Source: Felis catus (Eukaryota). Taken from it: a stretch of DNA of 64,000 nucleotides. The number at the start of each line of letters is the position of its first letter. The first letter of the stretch is position 1. The stretch lies in the NCBI RefSeq assembly GCF_018350175.1, contig NC_058368.1:177508001-177572000 (forward strand), given 5' to 3'. Shown here in pieces: positions 1 through 12,513 of this stretch. Position numbers and translations under genes: made by a program. The notes below the pieces were generated by a model. The model worked only from the letters and a program-made list of their open reading frames with translations. It was not told the origin of the DNA and made no database searches.

Positions 1-659
1 ATTGTGGTTTCACTGAGTCACTGCATGTGGCTGTCCTGCCATGTGTCCAGGCTTTGCAGGAAAGGGTTTTCTGGAGCCAGTCATGTTGAGTAGAGTGAAG
101 GAATGTGGTTTAAAGAAATACCTGCTTATACGTCTCAGTGGGTTTGTCACCTGCCCCAGGTGACAAATTTTCATATGAGCTCTAGGCCAGGGAATGTTTT
201 GATTTTCCTAAAACGGGGGGGGGGGGGGGATGGTGACTTATTTTTGTGGATGATGGAGAATTGTATAAATATTTGTGTTTTCCTTTTTGCTCTAGCTGCC
301 AGGAAGCTCAGGAGCAAGTTCACACTTAAATTGTAGTCATTGTGGCTTTTCAGGTTTCATGTCCTGATTACGTTTCTTCCTCTCACACTGGCCTTCTGTT
401 GAAGGTTCCTTTTTCTGGTCCTGAAAGTTAACTCATGATTTTTCTGTTACTTGTGAGTACATGTCTACCACAACTACTTTCCAGAGTAAGATGAAGTGGA
501 AAGGAACAACTATTCATTGGCCATTTGTATTATCATTATTTCATTTCATAGCTTCAATGATCTGGGTGTAGTCTGATCAAAATAGGACTCAGTCTGATGG
601 CCAAGTCCACTGGGCAAAAATTCATCTGAGATTGTCAGAGCATCCAGAAGCAGCACCTG

Positions 660-1140
660 TCAACAAATATTTACTGAGCACCAACTATATGTCAACTATA
701 TGTCCTAGGTGCTGCAGATATGAGTAAATAAGACACAATGTCCTTTCCCTGGCAGACACAGACGATAAACAAATACTTATCTAATAGTGTCATTATTTTA
801 GATGTTGACAGATGCAAGAAGTAATAGAATAGAGGGAGAGTCCGGAATGGATGTACTTTGGGTAGGCTAGAGATGCCCTTGAAAAGATGACATTGAAGGT
901 GAGACAAGAATGGTAAGGAGTAGATGTCAAGTACCTAGAGGAAGAGCATTCCAGGCGGCAAGTGCAAAGGCCCTGACGTCAGGACGAGTGAGATGTGTTA
1001 GAAATATAGGATGTAAATTCACAGAGGAGGGCAGAGGATAGATCGGCAGGATTTAGAGAGCCATGATGAAGAGCTAAGGTTTTTCTAAATGCAGTGGGGG
1101 AGACCTTGAAAGGTTTAAAGCATGGGACATGACATGACCT
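660..1140 (-). mobile_element. L2 LINE 3' fragment
   Basis: caacaaatatttactgagcacc...ggtgctgcagatatgagtaaataagacaca...gcattccaggc..agtgcaaaggccctga resembles the reverse complement of the L2 3' end. Confidence 0.7.
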
Positions 1141-1614
1141 TTTTACTTACCACTCACACAAATGAGTTTTACTTCCCCTAAGTGGCTGGTTCATGTTTGA
1201 GAAGACAGCTGCCTTCCTGAAACAATAATCGTTCTTCTTTGAATTCTTCAACTTCCACTTTTGCTTTGTGACACTGCCAAGACCACTCTTGAACAGGTTT
1301 TTCTGAATGTGCTTTCTAGTATTTCTTTAAAGTGGGGTGTCTAGGACATTACTGGAATATTAATTTTTCTGAATAGCAATTCATCAATACTGCTGGCCGG
1401 GTTTATAAACAAACCTATTATTACGACTGTCACCCTGGATATCTGTTAGTGGATATGTTCTCAAAGAGCCTTAATTTTAAGCTTATAGTCTTTTATAAAT
1501 AAGACTATAAGTAGTAGTCTTCTATTACTTACTTTCTCAAACTACATTTCAGGGACCACTTGGCAACAGAATGAAGCCCATTGGTAACTTCTGAGTATCA
1601 GTTACAACCGTCAT

Positions 1615-1750
1615 CATTTATTGAACACTCACAAAGTGCTAGCCACACTGGTTAGCATTTTGCAAATACAAGTTTACGTAATTTGCACCGTAACTCTTTC
1701 CCTATTTTACTGATACAGGAACTGAGGCTTAAAGAATTCCTTTAAGTAAC
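1615..1750 (-). mobile_element. MIR fragment
   Basis: catttattgaacactc...cctattttactgatacaggaactgaggct is the reverse MIR core. Confidence 0.55.
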
Positions 1751-1799
1751 ATATCATGATATGTAATAATGATATAAATGCATCCTTTCAGAAAAGATG

Positions 1800-2070
1800 T
1801 GTTCAGCCCTCTTCTATGCGGGCACTGGGCTGGGATCTAGAGACCAACAGTGAGTAAGAAAGAGGTGGTCCCCACTCCTAGAAAGCCCCAGTCTGATGGG
1901 GGAATAGAGTAGGAAGCAGGCAAAGACTCTGTAGGGTAATGAGAGGGGAAATAAAGAGTACAAAAAGAGTCCCCTGTCTGGGACTAAGGCCAAGAAGGGC
2001 TTCCTGGTTGACAAGCCACGTAAGATGAAAATTCTGAAAGATGAGAAGGATTCACTCTGGGGGAAAGGGT
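1800..2070 (-). mobile_element. L2 fragment
   Basis: gggcactgggctgggatctagagacc...tggtccccactcc...cagtctgatgggggaa...gaagggcttcctgg, an L2 3' pattern. Confidence 0.55.
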
Positions 2071-3023
2071 GAAAGAGCACTGTCGCTCCCTGAGAGTTAA
2101 CACTCTCACTTCCTGGAGGAGGACCCCAAGTTCTGCAGGGAAATGACAACTGAGCAGGCTCCGGGCGAATAAGTCGGAATTTTCTAGTTAAGGCAGTGGT
2201 GAGGAAAGGGTTGAGGCGGGAAGTTTGAGAGAGCCTGATGTGATTAAAGACCTTTGAGTTCAGTGTGACGGGGGTTTGACAGGCTGGGGTTGCAGAGCAG
2301 AGTGCCGGGAGGTATGGCTTCGTGTTAATTACTCCCGCTTGCCGTGTAACTTTCAGGAGACTCACACGACTGGACTTCGTTGTGTGATCATCCTGTGGAT
2401 TGAATAATTTTATAGCAAAATGACTATATCACACACAACACTTTATTACCAGTCAAATACACCAACAGGATCATGATGACTTATTAAAAATTTCCTGTAC
2501 AACAGCAGAACATGAGTCACATTTTATCATTTGGGTGAATGATTCCCTTTCTACTGTATAAAACCAGGGAATTTATAGATAAATAATAAATCCAAATAAA
2601 GTTTTTGAAAAGATAATTTGGAAGCAATAAATGTTCTACAGGAAAAGAATTTTAGTGACAAATAATTCACTGGGTTGCCTAACAATCCAGGAAAGAAATG
2701 ATGATCTAAATGAAGACAGTTGCAGATAGAGAGAGGGAACAGATTTGAGTAGTCTTTGTGAATAGCAGAGAAATATTCACCCTTTTTAATATGCACGTGT
2801 TTATTTGGCTCTCTCTACTCCTCAGACAATCACCCTTTCCATCAACTAAAAGCAGAGAAGGTTTGCAACATATTTGACAAACATCTGTGTCCTTAGTATA
2901 TAAAGAGCTCTTACAAATCAATTCCAAAAGAAAAAAAAAAAAAAAAGAAATACCATATGATGGTGGGCCATAAATTAAGACTCAAAACTTCAAGTGGATT
3001 TAAATTATATAAAGAATGTCCTC

Positions 3024-3229
3024 AGGACACCTGGGTGGCTCAGTCGGTTAAGCATCCGACTTTGGCTCAGGTCTTGATCTCACAGTTCATGAGTTTGAGC
3101 CCCGTGTTAGGCTTGGAGCCTGGAGCCTTCTTCAGATTCTGTGTCTCCCTCTCTCTCTGCCCCTCCCCACTCATGCTGTCTCTCTCTCTCTCTCAAGAAT
3201 AAATAAACATTAAAAAATGGTTAATAAAA
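3024..3229 (+). mobile_element. Felid CAN-SINE (SINEC_Fc-like), internally deleted
   Basis: cacctgggtggctcagtcggttaagc head, (CT)n tract, aataaa/A tail; TSD aaagaatgtc at 3011 and 3230. Confidence 0.95.
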
Positions 3230-3239
3230 AAAGAATGTC

Positions 3240-4514
3240 TTCTAAGAAACATAGCAAATAAACCAAAATATATATCACTATAAAATATGATAGAATTGAG
3301 ATCACTCTTGTCGGTTATCACAATAAATATGAATGAGATTTAACTCACCTTTTAAACGAAAAAGGTTTAAAATTTGGTTCAGAAAACAAACCCAATTATA
3401 TACTAAAAGAGGCACACACAAAACACAGGGATTTAGAAAAGTGAAAAATAAGGTATAAATGAATCCAGTTATACTTTTATAAGTATACAAGCAAACAAAA
3501 GTGTCAAAGTGATACTGACATAAGACAAAGTAGAATTCAAGCCCCAAAACATTAAACATGACAAAGAAGGACACATCCTAATAGTAAAAGCTTTGATCTA
3601 CAATGGATATATAACATATTAATATTTATACGCCAAATAACACTGTAACAATCTCTATGAAGCAAAAATAAGAAAAGCTACAAAGCAATATAGGTAGAAA
3701 CACACTAATAATAGACTTGAATAGATCACTTACAGTACAAGGCAGATGGGGGGTAGGTGGTGGGAGAGATAGAAGCTCTAAAACAACATAATTAATAAGG
3801 TAGATCTTCTAGGCATAAGTTAAGTCTACATCCTGATAATAGAGAATTCATTTTAAGTGCCCACAACATATTCACAAAAAGTTATCACTAAGAAGACATC
3901 AGTAACTTCCATAAGGTAGAAATACTACAAATAACACACTAACAAAAATTAATATTCAATACTAACAAAAAACTTATAGATCCTCTGTGTCAAATTTCAA
4001 CCCCCCCCCCCCCCCATTAACTCCTAGTTACCTAGGAGAAATACTAGGGGAAATACAAACTGAAATTACAGATTAAGAAATAGTAATAATTACAATGAAA
4101 ATACTCTATGTCAGAATCCAAGAGATGCATGTAAAGCACTGATCAGAGGAAAACTCATTATTTTAACACTTTTATCAGTAAATGTAAAAAATATAATTAA
4201 ATTAATTAAATTCTGAGCTCAGTATACTAAAACTACAACAAAGCAAACCAGAGGAAAGCAAGAGGAAGGAAATAGTTGAAATAAAAGCAGAATTAATGAA
4301 GAAGACAATAGAACAAAGACCTAATGAATAAATCGAGGTCTTGGTTTTAAAACATTAACAAAATAGATGAAACTTTTGTTAATTTGATTAAGAATAAAAG
4401 GAAGAAGGCACAAATACACAAAATGTGAAATGACCAAAGGAAAAAATATCAAGGGCACCAAAAACGTTTTTAGTCATGTACAAATACTTTGCAAACTTTT
4501 ATGTAAATAAACTT
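3240..4514 (+). mobile_element. Old L1 (L1M) decayed ORF2 endonuclease region
   Basis: A-rich; gacaaagtagaattcaagcc, acaaagaaggacac, aatatttatacgccaaataac, aagtgcccacaacatattcacaaaa resemble the L1 ORF2 5' part. Confidence 0.75.
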
Positions 4515-4741
4515 ATTTTTTTTAATTTTTTAATATTAATTTTTTTTTGAGAGAGAGAGAAAGACAAAGTGTGAGCTGGGGAGGGGAGGTCCAGAGAGGG
4601 AAGGAGACACAGAATCTGAAGCAAGCTCCAAGCTCTGAGCTGTCAACACAAAGCCCGACACAGGACTCAAACTCATGAACTGCAAGATCATGACCTGAGC
4701 TGAAGTCAGCCACTTAACCGACTGGGCTACCCAGGCACCCC
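4515..4741 (-). mobile_element. Felid CAN-SINE
   Basis: Reverse head ...ccgactgggctacccaggcacccc, T-rich tail; imperfect TSD tatgtaaataaa/tatataaataaa. Confidence 0.95.
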
Positions 4742-4789
4742 TATATAAATAAATTTTAAAACACAAGTAATGTGAAACACAAATATATT

Positions 4790-6180
4790 TTAGATAGTAA
4801 GAACCACATTTCTCATCGTTGGAGAAAGAAGTTATAAATGAAAGGAAAAGTCCAAAGTAAACTGTGAGATGTTAGATTGTAATCCTCAGATTACAGTATC
4901 AGTATGTAAAATTGTTTTTTGAAATGATGGGTGACTGAGTGATAGATAGATAGATAGATAGATGATAGGTAGATAAATGTGAAATATGTGTGGGTTAGTA
5001 GCTCTGTCCACTGGAGGGCCTAGAAGCAATGACACCTCAGTAGTAATGTGCTCACCTAAAGCCCAGATCTTGGTTTCTAAACGTCATGCTCCCAAAAAAG
5101 GCACCAGCAGTTTTTAGATAAGTGGTTGATTCAGGACTGAAATAGGGAAAATATAAGAGGAGCCTGAAATATATTTTGGTAACAGAAAATTTTAAAAAAT
5201 ATGGAGTCTTGTTTAAAATAACAACAGGACCCAAACTGAAGCCCTTCTAGGGTCCAAACCCTGGAACAATTTGAGAAACAAAAGAAATAATGATAGTATT
5301 GAATTACATGCCATAGAATAAAATAAATATGCGTGAGTCTTTAATGATATAAGTAACTGATTAAATAAATGATAAAAAAAGATGGCATTGTTCATTCATA
5401 GTGTAGAATTCCAATTAATAAATGTAGAAGCAAAGAGGGAAATAGAAAGTTACCATTAATAAACACCACAGTAATCATTATTGTGAACAAAATCCACTGG
5501 TGGATGTTAAAATTAATGGTGGCAGCATGAGGCAAAAGAGAGTTTGCATGGTCTTAAAGTATCTTCCCCAAGCTATTTGTTAACTACAAATAAAAAGATA
5601 GTAACTTGACAATGGAGAAAACTGTCAGAAATCACCTTAATCTAGTGTTCGAGATCAACATCACCAGTAATGAGATATATCAGCATCACGAACTCCGTGA
5701 TATGATGTGCTAAAAAGACTCCAAAATCATTCCTGTGTATTCTTGCCCAAAATGCAAAAACTAAGTACAATTATGAGAAAATATCAAACACACGCAGACT
5801 GAGGGGCATTTGACCAAAAAAAAAAAAAAAAAAAAAAATCTGACCAGTACTCTGGGTAAAGAAGTTCATGGTACAAAAGGGAAGATTGAGGAATTGCAGA
5901 AAATTAAGAAGATATAACAATTAAATGCAACGTGGAAGCCTGGGTAATGATTCTGGAACAGAAAATTAAAATTGTTGGGAAAGCTGGTAATATAAAAAAA
6001 AAAAATGGTCTTTACTTAATAGTATGGGACTAATGATAATTTCCTGGTTCTGACAATTATACTATAGTTATGTAAAATGTTAACATTAGGGAAAGTTGGA
6101 TATATGCAATCTCTATACAAATTTTGCAACTCTACTATAAGTCTATAACCAGTTCAAAAGCAAAAATAAAAGTAAATTTA
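4790..6180 (+). mobile_element. L1MC/L1MD-type 3' UTR fragment
   Basis: ctctgtccactggagggcctagaagcaatgacacctcagtag...cccagatcttggtttctaaa and terminal ttttgcaactctactataagtctata...ttcaaaa. Confidence 0.75.
4941..4974 (+). repeat. (GATA)n microsatellite, imperfect
   Basis: gatagatagatagatagatagatgataggtagat. Confidence 0.9.
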
Positions 6181-6760
6181 GAAAGTAGATTATGTTCCCT
6201 AGTAATGAAAAAATTAAATACAAATCAATAATAGAAAGATACCTGGAAAAACCCTCAATATTTTGAAGTTAAACAACACATTTCCCAATAACCCATGAGT
6301 CAAAGAAATAATCACAAGAGAATGTAGAAAATATTTTGAACTGATTGAAAAGAAAAGCACAGCTTATCAAACTTTGTGGAATTCAACTAAAGCAGCAATT
6401 AGAGGGAAATTTATAGCATTGAATGTTATTAAAAAAGGAAAAATTCCAAATCGATGATCTGAGTTTCCACCTTAAAAAATGAAAAAAAAAAAAAAAAAGA
6501 AGAAATGAAACCCAAGGTTTACAGAAAGAAAGAAATAATAAAGATAAGGGGAAAATAAATAGAAAACACATTTAAAAAATAAAAAAAAAGATAAGGGGAA
6601 AATAAATGAAATAGAAAACAAAAACAAGAGAGAAAATCGAAATCAAAGCATGTGTCTTTGAAAAGATCAACAAAATTGATAAACTTCCAGCCAGAGTCAT
6701 CAGGACAAAAAAGAAGGAAGAGAAGACACAATTACCAATATCAGGACTGAAAGAGGGGCA
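6181..6760 (+). mobile_element. L1 ORF2 fragment (after the endonuclease)
   Basis: ttaaacaacacatttcccaataacccatgagtcaaagaa, ctaaagcagcaattagagggaaatttatagca, tttgaaaagatcaacaaaattgataaac. Confidence 0.85.
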
Positions 6761-6764
6761 TCTT

Positions 6765-6970
6765 TGGGTGCCTGGGTGGCCCAGTCGGTTAAACGTGCGA
6801 CTTCGGTTCAGGTCATGATCTCACAGTTCGCGGGTTCAAGCTGTGTTGACAGCTCAGAGCCTGGAGCCTGCTTCCGAATCTGTGACTCCCTCTCTCTCTC
6901 TGCCCCTCCCCCGCTCATGCTCTGTCTCTCTCTCTGTCTCTTAGAAAATAAATAAACATTAAAAAATTTA
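6765..6970 (+). mobile_element. Felid CAN-SINE, internally deleted
   Basis: gggtgcctgggtggcccagtcggttaa head, CT tract, aataaataaacattaaaaaa tail. Confidence 0.95.
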
Positions 6971-6999
6971 ATATTTGAAAAACAATACATTTCCCCTTG

Positions 7000-8237
7000 T
7001 AAGCAGAATAAGAAGAAAATACGAAGGCATGATCTATGAAAAAAATCATTGATAAGCTGAACTTCAGTAAAATTAAAAACTTCTGCTCTGTGAAGGACAG
7101 TGTCGGGAGAATCAGAAGACAAGCCACAGACTTAGGAAAAATATTTGCAAAAGACACATCTGATAAAGGGCTGTTAGCCAAAATATACAAAGAGTTCTTA
7201 AAACTTAACAAAAAAGAAAACAAACAAATGAACTTAAAAATGGGCCAAAGACCTTAACAGAACCTTGCCAAAAGAGATACACAGATGGCAAACATGCGTA
7301 TGAAAAGATGCTCCACATCATACATCATCAGGGAAACGCAATGAAAACAACAAGATACCACTACCCACCTATTGGGAGGGCCAAACTCCAGAGCACCGAT
7401 AACACCAAATGCTGACGAGGATGTGAAGCAACAGGAACTCTCATTCATTGCTGATGGGAATGCGAAATGGTACAGCCACTTTGGAAGACAGTTCGACAGT
7501 TTCTTACAAAACAAAACATGTTCTTACCATATGATCCAGCAGCCGGACTTCTTAGTATTTACCCAAAGAGATTGAAAACTTATGTTCACACGAAACCTGT
7601 ACACAGATGTTTATAACGGCTTTATTCATGATTGCCAAAACTCGGAAGCAACAGAGATGTCCTTCAATAAGTGAAAGAATAAACAACACAGTGATGCATC
7701 CAGACAACGGAATGCTATTCCGTGCTAAGGAGAAATGAGCTATCAAGTCATGAAAAGACATGGAAGAATCTTAAATGTGGATTACTAAGTAAAAGAAACC
7801 AATCTGAAAAGGCCATGTGTTGTGTGATTCCAACTATATGACATTCTGGGAAAGGCAAAATTATGGAGACCGTAAAATGATTAGTGGTTGTCAGGGGCCC
7901 GGGGGAGAAGTAGGGAGGAATGAACAGGTGGAGCACAGGGGTTTTTAAGGCAATGAAAATACTCTGTATGATGCCATAATGATGGATACATATCATCAAA
8001 CATTTGTCCAAGCCCAAAGAAAGCACAGCATCAATAGTAAACTATTATGTAAACTATGAATTTTGGTTATTATAATGTGTCAGTGAAGTTTCTCATTGTA
8101 ACAAATGTACCACTTTGGTAGGAGATGTTGATGATGGGGGAGGCTGTGCATGTGTGGGGGCAGAGGGTAAATGGGAAATTTCTGTACCTTTCCCCTTAGT
8201 TTTGCTGTGAACCTAAAACTGATCTGAAAAATAGTCT
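7000..8237 (+). mobile_element. L1MC1-like ORF2 C-terminus plus 3' UTR
   Basis: ORF 7036-7257 (IDKLNFSKIKNFCSVKD..RQATDLGKIFAKDTSDKGL..IYKEF) is L1 ORF2 C-terminal-like; 3' UTR gagctatcaagtcatgaaaagacatgg...ttttgctgtgaacctaaaactg. Confidence 0.9.
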
Positions 8238-8249
8238 TAATTTTTTTCA

Positions 8250-9680
8250 AAAATGATCATGTCAGTAAATACAGGAAAGGTGTCTGATAAAATCCAACAC
8301 TTATTCATTAAAATAAATAAACAAACAAATAAATAAAATCTCAGCCAACTAAGAATAGAAAAGTTGCTCAGACTGATAAAAGGCATCTATGAAAAACCTA
8401 CAGCTAAATTCATATTTAAATAAGTCCTGAGAAACATAACCTGGCAAAAATGTCTGCTCTCGCCTCTCAATTCAACACCATTTGGGGAAATCCTAGTTAG
8501 AAAAAGAAATAAAGTGCATAGAAAGGAAAGGATGTAATAAAACTCTATTTGTAGATAGCATGATTATCTATGCAGAAAATTCCAGTGATGGACTTTCACT
8601 ATTTAATGGAGACAGCATTACAGGTTGGTGGGGGGGAAAGGGGACAATTCCATAAATGGAGCTGGAGAATCGGTTACCCATATGAAAGAACTGAACTCAG
8701 ATCACTATTTCATTTAATACACAAAAATCAATTCCAGATAGACTAAAGAATTGAAAGTCAAAGCCAAACTTTAAAATTTTCTCTTAAAAAATGTAAATGA
8801 ATATTTTAAAACAAAACACAAGCCTGATCAATTTGACTACGTTAAGGGTTCTGTAAATCAAGACACTCTTAAGAAGTCAAAAGGTCATAAACCAGAAGTT
8901 TTTTACAACAGATATAACTGATAAACTACTATCTATCAAGAACTTTTACAAATTGATAACATCATTTTAAAAATGGGTGACAAGAAAAGGCATTTCAGAG
9001 AAGAGGAAACACATATGGCCATTAAAAAATATGGAGAGATGTTCAAGCTCATTAGTAACAGGAAAATGCAAATTAAGGCTACTGATAACTTGGCAAAAAT
9101 TAAAAATTTTGACACCACCAGATTTTGCAGATAGGTGGGCCAACAGATACCACTGATAAAGAGTGAAAACTGGTACAATCATTTTGGAAATCAATTTGGC
9201 TTTATCTTATAAACTAAACTTTGTGTATCTTAAAACCGATTAATTCCCATCCCAGGTATAGACCCAAGAGAAACTCATTAGAAGTAACCTAAATGCCCAT
9301 CGATAGGAGAAAGGGCACACTGATGATGATTTCACAGCAGTTAAAATGCCTAAGCTACCGCTGCATGGATGAATTTTAGATGCGTATGTTGTAAGATAAA
9401 AAGCACGCCTTGGATCTCATAGACACACGTTTAATAAAACAAGAAAACCTAAACAACATGTTGTTAAGGCATACATATGTATCTGGAAAACTATAAATAT
9501 ATGCATTTCGAAACAAGGAAGTGACAAACGCAAAATTCTGGATATCGGTTCTATATGAGGGGAGGCAGGAAGACAGGATGGGAGACAAGTGTATAGAGAC
9601 ATATGAATTGGTGATAATGTTCTAGTTCTTTGGGTGAGGTGTTGAACTCATGATGTTCCTTGTATAATTAAAAATAAATG
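8250..9680 (+). mobile_element. Old L1 (L1ME-like) RT and 3' remnants
   Basis: tgatcatgtcagtaaatacaggaaaggtgtctgataaaatccaacac (decayed ISIDAEKAFDKIQH), ctctatttgtagatagcatgatt (LFADDMI), later ORF2 C-terminal and 3' UTR motifs. Confidence 0.75.
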
Positions 9681-10237
9681 AAAGAGGACCACATATCAAC
9701 GAATAATGGTAATACATTGTGAACCGAGACGTTATGATGAATCTAATTGTATATCCCCAAGTGTCAAAATAGAATAAAACGCATGCTTAGCACCATCTCT
9801 GGCATACTGTAAGTGCCCAAGAAAGCTGTAATTATTGTTTCTTTTCTCAGCCTATCTGACTAAACCTTCAGCCAGGGTTTTGCCTCCTCCAGGAAGCCTT
9901 CTCTGCTCCTCCAGGCTAGGTCAGGCTCCCCAACCCTAAAGTTGCTCAACAACTTGGCTGACTCAGATTATAACATTTCCCAGGCTATGTGGGGAAAGCG
10001 CTGTTTATTAACCTGTATCCCCCAACGGCTCCTGCAATCCACATGGCGCTTTGTTGTGGTTGTTTTTGTTGTTAATAAAAACACTTATTTTGCATCTCAC
10101 ATGGAACAACCTGAAGTCTGCATCCTCACCTGACAGTTACCCAGGGGTTTGTAATGTGTCCATCTCAACGTTGTGGTTGCAGGAGCTTGGGTCCACACAA
10201 ACCTTGAGGGAGGAAGTAGGCACAGCAGGAGTGTATT

Positions 10238-10452
10238 TCTTTTTTTTTTTTTAATTTTTTTGTTTATTTTTGAGAGAGAGACAGAGTGCAAGTGAGATGG
10301 GGCAGAGAGAGAGAGGAAGACACAGAATCCAAAACAGGCTCCTGGCTCTGAATTTTCAGCACAGAGCACGACACGGGGCTCAAACTCACGGACCGTGAGA
10401 TCATGACCTGAGCTGAAGTTGATGCTTAACCGACTGAGCCACCCAGGCACCC
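10238..10452 (-). mobile_element. Felid CAN-SINE
   Basis: Poly-T tail, gagagagagacagag, reverse head cttaaccgactgagccacccaggcaccc. Confidence 0.95.
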
Positions 10453-10899
10453 TTATTTCTGTCTTTTCTTAAAGAGAAGGCGGTAAAGCACTCAGAGCCA
10501 CTGAAAACCTATGCAAATGGCCGTGGTCATCTCTGCATCTCCAGCCCTTGCTTTCTGCCTGCTGCCTACCACATTTTTGCTGAGGGATCACATGCAAAGC
10601 AGGAGAGGTGGTGCCCGGAGCCTAGAGAAGGGAACCCTGGTGCAGAGGTTGCGGCAGAATCTCAGAGCATGGTAGGAGGCCGGGGCCAACCAGAGACAGC
10701 CCTGGGCATCTATGGGCCCCGGGTGCAGGAAATAAGGGATACATTGTCTGCAAGGAATTGACAAACAGTGCTAAAACTGACCGTTAAGTCCAGCTGCTTA
10801 TATGGTCACCATGAACTGGCAGTTCTGAAAAACGTCACCGATAAAAATACTGCTACCTCCCAAAAAGAAATTTTTGTTAGTCTGTTCTAAAGAACTGTT

Positions 10900-11113
10900 G
10901 GGGCGCCTGGGTGGCGCAGTCGGTTAAGCGTCCGACTTCAGCCAGGTCACGATCTCGCGGTCCGTGAGTTCGAGCCCCGCGTCAGGCTCTGGGCTGATGG
11001 CTCGGAGCCTGTTTCCGATTCTGTGTCTCCCTCTCTCTCTGCCCCTCCCCCGTTCATGCTCTGTCTCTCTCTGTCCCAAAAGTAAAATAAAAAAAAAAAA
11101 TAAATAAAAAAAA
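10900..11113 (+). mobile_element. Young felid CAN-SINE
   Basis: CpG-intact consensus-like body; perfect TSD taaagaactgttg at 10888-10900 and 11114-11126. Confidence 0.97.
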
Positions 11114-11506
11114 TAAAGAACTGTTGCCATTAGTGTTGAATTTTAATAATAAGCAAATGTGAAGTAAGCTTCATATGAGCACATTTTTCCTACTTAGGCT
11201 TTAATAAAAACTGCATTCTACATGCAAGTTGGTTTGGAGAGCTCCCTTGACACCCGGGTCCACTCTGACACCAGTTCCTAACTTTTCGGAATCATTCAGA
11301 TTCATTTCGAGCAGAGCCCAGATCCGCTCCCCATGGCACTACCTATGTCTTCCTGCATTTAGCTGGTCATAGTGGAGTGATTATAGAGACTAAACAGACT
11401 GGAAGCCACTCCAGTTCTCTGATTCTCTGTGACCCTTTAGAGTTCAAAATTAAAACATGAAACAGTGTGAACAGTGAGATATGATTTCGTTTAAGAGTAA
11501 ATTTTA

Positions 11507-11729
11507 GGGGCGCCTGGGTGGTTCAGTCGGTTGAGCCTCCGACTTCGGCTCAGGTCATGATCTCACAGCTCATGAGTTCGAGCCCCGTGTCGGGCTCTGT
11601 GCTGACAGCTCGGAGCTTGGAGCCTGCTTCGCTTCGGATTCTTTGTCTCCCTCTCTCTGCCCCTAACCCACTTGCATTCTGTCTCTGTCTCTCTCAAAAA
11701 TAAATAAACATTACAAAAAAAATTTTTTT
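11507..11729 (+). mobile_element. Felid CAN-SINE
   Basis: Full head, CT tract and tail; TSD aagagtaaattttag on both sides. Confidence 0.97.
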
Positions 11730-11879
11730 AAGAGTAAATTTTAGTTCATACATGCAAGAGCTTACTGAAGGGAAAAACTGTTTTTAAGGCTAACTTTATT
11801 CTTTTTTGTTAATGATTAAAACAATGATTACTACTGATGATTAATTATTACTGCAAATAATTTTCGATCTTTTTTTGAA

Positions 11880-12265
11880 TAGACTTTATTTGTTATTTGT
11901 ATTTTTAAATTTAAATTCAAGTTAACATACAGTGGTTGGTTTCAGGAGCAGAATTAAGTGATCCATCACTTCCATATAACACACAGTGCTCATCCCAACA
12001 AGTGCCCTCCTTAATGCCCATCACCCATTTAGCCCATCCCTCTACCCACCTCCCCTCCAGCAATCCTCAGTTTGTTCTTTGTATTTAAGAGTCTCTTATG
12101 GTTTGCTTCCTTCTCGATTTTTATCTTATTTTTTCCCTTCCCTTCCCTATGTTCATCTGTTGTGTTCCTTAAATTCCACATACGAGTGAAATCATACGAT
12201 ATTTGTCTTTCTCAGGCAGGCTTATTTCGCTTAGGATGATACATTCTAGTTCCATCCATGTTGTT
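11880..12265 (-). mobile_element. Carnivore L1 3' end, 5'-truncated
   Basis: catcacttccatataacacacagtgctcatcccaacaagtgccctccttaatgcccatcacc...tttaagagtctcttatggtttg is the reverse carnivore L1 3' UTR. Confidence 0.9.
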
Positions 12266-12281
12266 GAAACACAGAGAAGGA

Positions 12282-12513
12282 GGGGCGCCTGGGTGGCTCA
12301 GTCGGTTGAGCATCCGACTTCAGCTCAGGTCACGATCTCGCGGTCCGCGAGTTCGAGCCCCACGTCGGGCTCTGGGCTGATGGCTCAGAGCCTGGAGCCT
12401 GCTTCCGATTCTGTGTCTCCCTCTCTCTCTGCCCCTCCCCCGTTCATGCTCTGTCTCTCTCTGTCTCAAAAATAAATAAACGTTAAAAAAAAAAATTAAA
12501 AAAAAAAAAAAAA
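12282..12513 (+). mobile_element. Young felid CAN-SINE
   Basis: CpG-intact, long A tail; perfect TSD gaaacacagagaaggag at 12266-12282 and 12514-12530. Confidence 0.97.

Larger units (their letters stand above)
10695..11870. mobile_element. hAT-Tip100 non-autonomous DNA transposon relic (MER97-like), interrupted by two SINEs
   Basis: ccccgggtgcaggaaataagggatacattgtctgcaagg...attctacatgcaagttggtttggagagctccc matches my recollection of the MER97 consensus; sequence continues across both SINE TSDs. Confidence 0.55.

Noticed and set aside
1482..1511. Perfect 11-bp inverted repeat cttatagtctt/aagactataag with an 8-nt loop
   Set aside because: One such AT-rich stem is plausible by chance in 64 kb; too short for a pre-miRNA.
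1814..2365. 183-aa minus-strand ORF
   Set aside because: Overlaps an L2 fragment; no recognisable protein similarity or exon context.
7036..7257. 73-aa ORF with protein-like sequence
   Set aside because: Decayed L1 ORF2 C-terminal fragment, not a host gene; neighbouring ORF2 sequence is frameshifted.
10900..10985. tRNA-like A and B boxes (tggcgcagtcgg...gttcgagccc)
   Set aside because: These are the tRNA-derived heads of CAN-SINEs, not tRNA genes.
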